Assembly: GCA_030647205.1 (NCBI GenBank) | Contig: JAUSJO010000002.1 | Coordinates: 113,112-177,111, forward strand | Direction: 5' to 3' | DNA: 64,000 nt | DNA from: a bacterium | GTDB taxonomy: Bacteria; Patescibacteriota; CPR2; UBA1875; JAJYID01 | Shown here: one piece after another, positions 57,406 to 64,000 of the stretch | Position numbering within the stretch: the stretch's first letter is position 1 | Layout: every line of letters begins with the position of its first letter | Notes under the pieces: generated by a model | What the model was told of the DNA's origin: nothing | Databases searched by the model: none | The model's input: only the letters and a program-made list of their open reading frames with translations | Made by a program: the position numbers and the translations under genes

Positions 57406-58386
57406 GTGATTGATGCAGTTCAAGAAAGGAAAACGACTCTTTCTTCTGCCTATGAAATGGGCTTGAAGCTTCTTGGCGACTCTTATAAAGAGGGAAAAAT
57501 ATTTTCATCTCTACCTAAGGCTGGTGATCCTTTTTCGGATCTTGAACTTTTGAGCGTTCTTGCTCTTACACCGGCAATGAGACAGGAGATTTTAAATAAA
57601 TATCTATACCACAGTAAAATATTTAGTCTGGCTACGACTGGTATTATGGCTTGGGTTGTAATAAATACAATGGAGGAGTTTGGGGAAAACGAAAAAGTTG
57701 GCCTAGAAAAATACTTTTCTGTTTGCGAGGAATATTTTGACAAGACTATAAATACTGACGGGATTTTGCCGACAGATTCGAGTGGAAACTGGATGCAAAG
57801 TGCTGATAGGGTCGGGGCCTTGATAGAAAATCAGGCCTATTATGCGAAAATTTTGGATGTTCTTTCTCTGCTGACCGATGACGACATGTATGAATTCAAG
57901 AAAAAAAGGCTTACAAGGGCAGTGCGGGATAAACTTGATGGTGCATATGTTTTAGATAAGAAGGATTCGATGGAAACCAGGCCAAACAACTTTATCACTG
58001 CTTTTTTAGCTCCTGAACTTTTTAAGAAGGATGATTGGCAGAAGACTTTTGATGTGGTGCTAAAGGAGGGTGAACTTTGGCAGGGCTGGGGCGGGCTTAC
58101 CACCTTAGGTCAGTCAGATCCGAGCTATAACCCTGAGCGCGATGGGGAGAGCTGGTTTTTTATAAATAATATGGCGGGGATAGTATTATCCAAACTTGAT
58201 AGTGAAAAATATGCCGATAAGATTCAGGCAATTTTAAGGTCTTCGGCAGAAAATGCCTCATGGCAGGAACACTCCGGCAGGCCCTGCGAAGTTACATTTA
58301 CTACTGACAGACAGATTAAAGTCCAGGGTCTTTATGGCCTTTCTCTTGCAACCTATATTTACCTTTATCGAATTTTGAATCCTTAA
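57406..58386 (+). CDS. Divergent six-hairpin glycosidase-like (glycogen debranching C-terminal-like) protein
   Basis: NWMQS..R.GALIENQA.Y, GLTTL...DPSY, GESWFFINN resemble GDE_C motifs. Confidence 0.5.
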   Translation: MIDAVQERKTTLSSAYEMGLKLLGDSYKEGKIFSSLPKAGDPFSDLELLSVLALTPAMRQEILNKYLYHSKIFSLATTGIMAWVVINTMEEFGENEKVGLEKYFSVCEEYFDKTINTDGILPTDSSGNWMQSADRVGALIENQAYYAKILDVLSLLTDDDMYEFKKKRLTRAVRDKLDGAYVLDKKDSMETRPNNFITAFLAPELFKKDDWQKTFDVVLKEGELWQGWGGLTTLGQSDPSYNPERDGESWFFINNMAGIVLSKLDSEKYADKIQAILRSSAENASWQEHSGRPCEVTFTTDRQIKVQGLYGLSLATYIYLYRILNP

Positions 58387-58476
58387 CAAGATATTCTAAA
58401 AATTATACTTCTATGTTATATTCCTAAGTAAATTTCCTTAGCACTATTTCAATTTCTATAGAAAGCGGGGACGCAC

Positions 58477-58689
58477 TTGGACGCACACAATATCGTATGG
58501 GAAGAGCGCCAGAAAGGGAAAAGGATTTTTAAATTTGGTGTTTTTCTCAACACCCTAGTTTTTGTCGTAATTGGTATCACAGACGACAAAGCAGGTCTTT
58601 GGATAGCTGCTCTTATCATGGCAACCTCCTTGCTTTATAAAGTTCACAAGGAGGTTAGGATAGCGTTCATGAGAGGGAATAATCGCTAG
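58477..58689 (+). CDS. Small 2-TM hypothetical protein
   Basis: TTG start after GCGGGG; two hydrophobic segments. Confidence 0.55.
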   Translation: MDAHNIVWEERQKGKRIFKFGVFLNTLVFVVIGITDDKAGLWIAALIMATSLLYKVHKEVRIAFMRGNNR

Positions 58690-58697
58690 GAGAGATA

Positions 58698-58778
58698 ATG
58701 GATTATGGAAAGGTAGTTCTTCCGTTCATGGTTCTAGTTATTGCTGTTTTTCTCTGGATCTTGGGGCATGTGTTCTAG
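58698..58778 (+). CDS. 26-aa single-TM peptide MDYGKVVLPFMVLVIAVFLWILGHVF
   Basis: AGGAG SD, in series with its neighbours. Confidence 0.5.
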   Translation: MDYGKVVLPFMVLVIAVFLWILGHVF

Positions 58779-58815
58779 GATTTATAGGAAACAGGGGTAA
58801 TAAAAGGGGGCTATC

Positions 58816-58971
58816 ATGAAACTTCTAATGTCCATCTTTAGATGTACTTCATGTTGTGAGGCTGCGAACGCTGTGGAGATAACTCTCAAACATGCTTTTC
58901 TTCTCTGGCTTTTATGGGCTTTGGTAACATTGCCGTCATTTGAGGCGGAGATGCATTGGCACTTCCTTTAG
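58816..58971 (+). CDS. 51-aa single-TM peptide with CxxCC
   Basis: AGGGGG SD; MKLLMSIFRCTSCCE...HAFLLWLLWALVTL. Confidence 0.45.
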   Translation: MKLLMSIFRCTSCCEAANAVEITLKHAFLLWLLWALVTLPSFEAEMHWHFL

Positions 58972-59000
58972 CGGGCAATGAGTAGGGGTACCCCTTAGAG

Positions 59001-59030
59001 AAAGCTCCCTGTTTTAGGGAGCTTTTTTCT
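59001..59030 (+). terminator. Intrinsic terminator
   Basis: AAAGCTCCCT GTTTT AGGGAGCTTT followed by T-tract. Confidence 0.85.
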
Positions 59031-59046
59031 TTTGTATACTAGAATT
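59030..59046. promoter_or_regulatory. Candidate SOS box upstream of ruvA
   Basis: TTTTGTATACTAGAATT, identical to 60271-87. Confidence 0.6.
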
Positions 59047-59094
59047 CGTTTTGGGATTCAGTTAAGATTTAGATAATATAAACGAGAATTTACT

Positions 59095-59661
59095 ATGATT
59101 GCTAGTTTGCGTGGGAAAGTAGTCCAAAAAAGAGCTGATAGCCTAGTTGTCGAGATGAATGGAGTTGGCTATAAAGTTATTTGTCCTGTTTCAGTTTTAG
59201 AGTCTGCAAAAGTTGATGACGAAATATTTTTAAATACTTACACTCATGTTCGAGAAGATATTTTGGCTTTGTATGGCTTTTTGACTGCAGATGACCTAGC
59301 GCTTTTTGAGCTTTTAATAAGCGTTTCCGGAGTTGGGCCGAAAGCGGCGGTAAATATTTTGTCTGCTGCAAGTTCTGAAAAAATTCGTAGTTCTATCCAA
59401 AAACAAGATCCAGGAATTCTTTTCTCTGTTTCGGGGATTGGCAAAAAAACAGCCGAGAAAATCGTTGTAGAACTTAAAAATAAACTTGGTGCAAGTGATG
59501 CTTTGTACGCGCCATCTTCAGAAACGGATGATCTCTATCAGGCGCTTAGCGATTTAGGATTTAAGCCGAATGAAATCAGTACTGCGATATCGAAAATTCC
59601 CGAAGATCTTGAAACGACAGAAGAGAAGCTGAAGTTTGTTTTGAAAGAGATTAAAAAGTAG
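59095..59661 (+). CDS. ruvA: Holliday junction branch migration protein RuvA
   Basis: MIASLRG, GVGY, VREDILALYGF, SGVGPKAA, GIGKKTAEKI..ELK. Confidence 0.97.
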   Translation: MIASLRGKVVQKRADSLVVEMNGVGYKVICPVSVLESAKVDDEIFLNTYTHVREDILALYGFLTADDLALFELLISVSGVGPKAAVNILSAASSEKIRSSIQKQDPGILFSVSGIGKKTAEKIVVELKNKLGASDALYAPSSETDDLYQALSDLGFKPNEISTAISKIPEDLETTEEKLKFVLKEIKK

Positions 59662-59752
59662 TAATTTCCCCTGTTTTTTGGTAAAATTAGGAGCACTAGG
59701 AGGTCGCTCCTTTTTATTTTTGTTTTGCACATTCCAACTGAGTGGAGGGAAA

Positions 59753-60238
59753 ATGTTTGGATATTTTAACGGAGCCTGTTTGCCAGTATACTGGTTAGGT
59801 CGGTTAATGGAGATTCTAAGCAGCTTTGGCAACGAAAACGATCAAGATCTAGAAGAAGCAACACAGGCAGTAGCAGAAAGAATCGCAGATATGGTTTGTT
59901 CGCGAGGTATCCTCAATGACACTATTTGGATGAAAACTGTTAACAGCGAGTATTCCCAGAGGTTTAGTGGTTTATGTGAACTGTTGCCAACGGTTAACAT
60001 CTCAGATTGGAAAAAACTAGCTATCTGTAGAGGACTAGACAAAGCGGCTGACATAATTGAAGAAACAATAGAAACTAAGTTGAAAGAAGAGAAAACAAGG
60101 CTTATTGGCGACCATTTAACGGAAGAGTCAGAAGAGTTTCACCGTTCTAGGCATGAGGCCGAATTTCATGTTTTCAACAAACATTGTAGTAAGGTACCTG
60201 TCGTTGTTGGGATCCAAACCAGATTTTCTTATGAGTAG
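59753..60238 (+). CDS. Hypothetical protein between ruvA and ruvB
   Basis: GGAGGG SD before ATG 59753; followed by hairpin GGGCTCC GAAA GGAGCCC. Confidence 0.6.
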   Translation: MFGYFNGACLPVYWLGRLMEILSSFGNENDQDLEEATQAVAERIADMVCSRGILNDTIWMKTVNSEYSQRFSGLCELLPTVNISDWKKLAICRGLDKAADIIEETIETKLKEEKTRLIGDHLTEESEEFHRSRHEAEFHVFNKHCSKVPVVVGIQTRFSYE

Positions 60239-60270
60239 ATGCAAGGCAAAAGGGCTCCGAAAGGAGCCCA

Positions 60271-60287
60271 TTTTGTATACTAGAATT
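60271..60287. promoter_or_regulatory. Candidate SOS box upstream of ruvB
   Basis: TTTTGTATACTAGAATT. Confidence 0.6.
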
Positions 60288-60319
60288 AATTTTCACTTTA
60301 ATGTTAATATTATCTTGTC

Positions 60320-61354
60320 ATGAAACTAGATAAAGATCACATACTAGATTCGGAAGAATTTGAGGGCGAGGAGAAGTTTGAGGAAACTCTCCGACCGAAG
60401 AAATTCTCCGAGTACATCGGACAGAACCAAGTTAAGGATAACTTGAAGATTACCATTGAAGCGGCAAAAAAGCGCAAAGAACCTATAGACCACGCCTTGC
60501 TTTATGGACCTCCTGGCCTTGGCAAAACCACGCTATCTAATGTTATTGCTAATGAAGTTGGTGTCTCCATAAAAGCGACAAGCGGCCCGGCGATAGAGCG
60601 CGCCGGCGACTTAGCGTCTATTCTCACGAATTTACAGGAAAATGACATATTATTCATCGATGAAATTCATCGGTTGAATACTGTTGTCGAGGAAATCCTC
60701 TATCCGGCGATGGAAGATTTTGTACTTGATATCATTATCGGCAAAGGGCCATCAGCACGATCGGTAAGGCTGGATTTACCAAAGTTCACGATCATTGGCG
60801 CGACAACTCGTATGGGGCTTCTCTCTTCCCCGCTTCGCGATAGATTTGGCCTGGTTCATCGATTAGAATTCTACGAGCCGGAGGATATCAAAAAGATTAT
60901 CAAGCGCTCGGCAAGCATACTTAAAATTAAAGTCGATGAAAAAGGCTCAGAGGAAATAGCCAAAAGAGCCAGAAGAACACCGAGAATTGCCAATCGTCTT
61001 TTAAAGAGGGTGCGTGATTTTGCCGAGGTGAAGGGTAAAGGAGAGATTACGGAGGATATCGCATGTCAGGCTTTGGAAATGCTTGAAGTGGACGAGGTAG
61101 GTCTTGATAATACAGATAGGACATTGCTTGAAACGATAATCCATAAGTTCAAAGGCGGACCGGTTGGCCTAAATACTTTGGCTGCGGCGACCAATGAAGA
61201 GATTGACACTATCGAAGAAGTCTACGAACCGTATCTTATCCAAATGGGATTTTTGGAACGAACTCCCCGGGGGAGAAAAGCGACTTCTCGTGCCTATGAT
61301 CATTTGAAGATAATAGAGAAAGTTAAAACAAAAGATCAGGGGAAGCTATTGTAG
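60320..61354 (+). CDS. ruvB: Holliday junction branch migration ATPase RuvB
   Basis: [37 protein letters not shown]. Confidence 0.98.
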   Translation: MKLDKDHILDSEEFEGEEKFEETLRPKKFSEYIGQNQVKDNLKITIEAAKKRKEPIDHALLYGPPGLGKTTLSNVIANEVGVSIKATSGPAIERAGDLASILTNLQENDILFIDEIHRLNTVVEEILYPAMEDFVLDIIIGKGPSARSVRLDLPKFTIIGATTRMGLLSSPLRDRFGLVHRLEFYEPEDIKKIIKRSASILKIKVDEKGSEEIAKRARRTPRIANRLLKRVRDFAEVKGKGEITEDIACQALEMLEVDEVGLDNTDRTLLETIIHKFKGGPVGLNTLAAATNEEIDTIEEVYEPYLIQMGFLERTPRGRKATSRAYDHLKIIEKVKTKDQGKLL

Positions 61355-61376
61355 TGTATAATTCTGACCTCTCTCT

Positions 61377-61424
61377 GTCATTCTGACGAAGGAAGAATCT
61401 AGATCCTTCGTGCCTCAGGATGAC
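61377..61424. repeat. Inverted REP dimer
   Basis: GTCATTCTGACGAAGGAAGAATCT abutting AGATCCTTCGTGCCTCAGGATGAC. Confidence 0.75.
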
Positions 61425-61499
61425 GAAGTAGTAGCTAATGTGATAAGTAGAAAAAATCCTTTGCAATAGGAGAAAAGTCAATTATAATTTAAAACGCTT

Positions 61500-62729
61500 A
61501 TGCTTAAAAAATATTTATTCGTGGGATTCTTTTTATTTTGGGTGCTTTTGTGTCCATTTTTTGCCGTGAACTCTTCCAAAGTTTTTGCTGCGTCAAAATG
61601 TGATGGTGTCATTATCTCAGAATTTATGCCATACCCTGCATCGGGAAGCGAGTGGGTTGAAGTTTTTAATACTAATGAATACCAAACTGATATTAGTGAA
61701 TGTTCATTGGCCGACTCTTTGGATACTCCTAGCCACCGTTATGACATTCCTGATGGAACGATTGTCGAATCGAAGGGTTACTTTGTCTTTTATGACAACT
61801 TTTATCTTAATAATGACGGTCCAGACAAAGCACGGTTGTTGTCTGCCGGCAACGAAACAGTTTCTGAACGAAGCTATAACAAACCAATCCCAAAGGGCCA
61901 AAGCTATGTATTTAATGGAACTTCTTGGGAGTGGACAAAAGATGTGACCCCGGGGTTTGAGAAAAGTGCCGGCGGGACGGATACCCCTGTTGATAGCGGG
62001 AGCGGGAATACTTGCGAGGGATTGATAGTTTCTGAGCTTATGCCGGATCCTGCATCCCCGCTTACTGACGCTGATGATGAATGGATAGAGATTTATAACG
62101 AAAGTGGCGAACCGGTAAATGCCGGCGGGTGTATATTAACCGATACTCAAAAGGCAGGCTCTACTCATGAATACAAAATAGCAGGAGGGACGCTTGCGCC
62201 GGGTGGGTTTATGGTTTTTTACTCTAAGGATACAAAGATTAGTCTGAACAATGACGGCGACAATGTCAGAATTCTTTCGCCGGATAAAAAAGTGATATTT
62301 GAAACCCAGAATTATGGTAAGGCCCAAGCCGGACAGTCTTGGGCATATGATGGTGATAAATGGGCCTGGACGGCTGCTCCGACTGCGGGCGCGCTAAATG
62401 TGATAGAAATCCTCGAGGAGACTTCGGTTGCGAAAACAAGTTCGAAGAAAACAGCCTCTAATAAGCGAAAGACCACTGCCTCAAAACCCAAAACAACTTC
62501 AAAACCCGTTTCGAAAACTGCAAGTCCAAAGAAAAAATCAGCTGATGGAGCTGAGGTGCTTGGTGCGAACACTGAAGATGAGGATTCGATCCAGGGAAAA
62601 GTGAATGACAAGGTCATGGGTTATGTCCTTGTTACCCTTGCCGGAGTGCTTCTGGTCGGGTATGTTATATACATAAATAAAGATTTTATCTATGAAAATA
62701 GTATCAAAAAGTTCAGACGAGACGGTTAG
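61500..62729 (+). CDS. Secreted protein with two lamin-tail domains and C-terminal TM
   Basis: Two copies of ISE.MP.P..EW.E.YN..LNNDG..PT/TPG; K/T/S linker; TM. Confidence 0.85.
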   Translation: MLKKYLFVGFFLFWVLLCPFFAVNSSKVFAASKCDGVIISEFMPYPASGSEWVEVFNTNEYQTDISECSLADSLDTPSHRYDIPDGTIVESKGYFVFYDNFYLNNDGPDKARLLSAGNETVSERSYNKPIPKGQSYVFNGTSWEWTKDVTPGFEKSAGGTDTPVDSGSGNTCEGLIVSELMPDPASPLTDADDEWIEIYNESGEPVNAGGCILTDTQKAGSTHEYKIAGGTLAPGGFMVFYSKDTKISLNNDGDNVRILSPDKKVIFETQNYGKAQAGQSWAYDGDKWAWTAAPTAGALNVIEILEETSVAKTSSKKTASNKRKTTASKPKTTSKPVSKTASPKKKSADGAEVLGANTEDEDSIQGKVNDKVMGYVLVTLAGVLLVGYVIYINKDFIYENSIKKFRRDG

Positions 62730-63141
62730 CTTAGGTCAGAAGTTAGGTGAGCAGCTTAAGGGAGGTGAGGTGGTTGCTCTTTATGGTGATCTCGGCGGAG
62801 GAAAAACGCAGTTCACAAAAGGAATTGCCAAGGGACTAGGAATAGAAGATGATATTTTCTCTCCTACGTTTGTGATTCGCAGAGATTGTAAGGGCAAAGA
62901 GTTGAGCTTGCTTCACTATGATTTTTATAGGTTTGAAGTACCGGATGAAGAACTGATTGAAAGTTTAGAAGAAGGGATAAATCCTGAAAATGTGACGGTT
63001 ATAGAGTGGGCGGAAAGAGTTGAAAAATATTTGCCAGAAAACACGATTAAAGTTGTATTCCGTTACATCTCAGAAAGTGAAAGAGAAATAGAGATTGAAG
63101 GTAATGGTTTTAGTGCTGTCATTCCGACCGACCCTACTTAA
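62692..63141 (+). CDS. tsaE: t6A biosynthesis ATPase TsaE
   Basis: GDLGGGKT, SPTF, HYDFYR, IEWAE. Confidence 0.95.
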   Translation: MKIVSKSSDETVSLGQKLGEQLKGGEVVALYGDLGGGKTQFTKGIAKGLGIEDDIFSPTFVIRRDCKGKELSLLHYDFYRFEVPDEELIESLEEGINPENVTVIEWAERVEKYLPENTIKVVFRYISESEREIEIEGNGFSAVIPTDPT

Positions 63142-63177
63142 GTAGCGAGTAGAGGAATCCCTTTCTTTCAAAATTAT

Positions 63178-63348
63178 TTTCCACTTTTTTAGAAAAAGTG
63201 GAGTAAAAATCGCGACTTAGACGGTCTCTCAAAGTATCGTCTGGTTCGTTTTCTCATGTTTAAAAAAATTAACTCGCTAATCGCTCAAACAAAATTATTT
63301 TTAAAGGATCGTTCACTCCCAGACTTTCTTTTCGAGCCGATAGTCGCA
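63178..63348 (+). repeat. Dispersed structured repeat, copy 5 (lacks 3' tail)
   Basis: Invariant 31-mer; interior like copy 3; preceded by a GTCATTCCGACCG...GGAATCCC REP at 63118. Confidence 0.9.
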
Positions 63349-63402
63349 TCAAAGTGATGTTGCCTTTTTCTTGAAATCGCAAGAAAGTGTTAAAATAAAG
63401 TT

Positions 63403-63807
63403 ATGAAAAATAGTTTAGTTATAGATACGTCAGATAGAGTGGCTCGGCTTGGGATTTTTCAGGATGATAAGCTGGCTGACAAAATCGAGTGGGAAGCACA
63501 TCGGGAACTTTCAAAGACATTTTATACAAAATTGGATGAGCTTTTGGGGCGGAATAGTTTAAGCTGTAACGATTTGAGTTCTATAATCGTCGTTCGTGGA
63601 CCGGGATCTTTCACCGGGCTTAGGATTGGCATAGTTATAGTAAATGCATTCTCATATTCACTGGGTGTTGAAACTGCCGGTGTGATTCAAAAAGAGAAGA
63701 TGCCTTTAGAAGAGATTTATAATGTCGGCAAAAAAGATCTCAAAAAGGGGCAAATTATCGAGCCGTTTTACGGTCGCGAACCGAACATCACGACCAAAAA
63801 GAAGTAA
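63403..63807 (+). CDS. tsaB: t6A biosynthesis protein TsaB (short form)
   Basis: IDTS, GPGSFTGLRIG, P.Y.REPNIT. Confidence 0.92.
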   Translation: MKNSLVIDTSDRVARLGIFQDDKLADKIEWEAHRELSKTFYTKLDELLGRNSLSCNDLSSIIVVRGPGSFTGLRIGIVIVNAFSYSLGVETAGVIQKEKMPLEEIYNVGKKDLKKGQIIEPFYGREPNITTKKK

Positions 63808-64000
63808 TTTCATGGTTGAAAAATGGGCAAGAAGAGAGTATAGTGGGGGCAGTAAATTAAAAAATTAAATTTACCGATAATGACTAAATTTTACAGGATC
63901 TAAACTAAAATATGACTCAAAACTCTTATACATTTTGACTTAGCAGAGGTATTTTTAGTTATTTCTCGGTACTAGAAACAAAGAGGTGGAAAGATGGAAC

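Noticed and set aside
9056-63210. Invariant 31-mer palindrome as a CRISPR repeat
   Set aside because: Copies are kilobases apart, are followed by homologous rather than unique sequence, and there are no cas genes in the window.
1-64000. Stop-codon reassignment (code 25) or selenocysteine
   Set aside because: Conserved genes are full length under code 11, and TGA ends genes such as recA at the expected position.

Overview
Gene-dense, mostly + strand bacterial chromosome segment in genetic code 11. Gene content and style point to a CPR/Patescibacteria genome (inference). Core genes: udg, rnj, ftsK, rodZ, yajQ, lexA-recA-recX, rpsF-ssb-rpsR-efp, tlyA, ychF, xer, comEC, yebC-ruvC/ruvA/ruvB, tsaE/tsaB. 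A full type IV pilus cluster carries an inverted glycosylation cassette inside it, and a GC-richer polyamine (DUF350/speE) block opens the window. The most unusual signals are outside the ORF track: (1) an ilv/leu-type leader-peptide attenuator directly upstream of a tRNA with a tRNA-Pro body but a CAU anticodon; (2) five dispersed copies of a ~170-215 nt structured repeat with compensatory base changes, each preceded by GTCA(T)-type REP palindromes like those flanking two GIY-YIG nuclease genes; (3) a candidate LexA box (TGTATACTA core) at lexA, ruvA and ruvB; (4) a tandem array of six divergent 2-TM, Cys-pair, G[FW]P-motif paralogs; (5) several micro-genes with their own expression signals. 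All calls were made by eye; no searches or folding programs were run.
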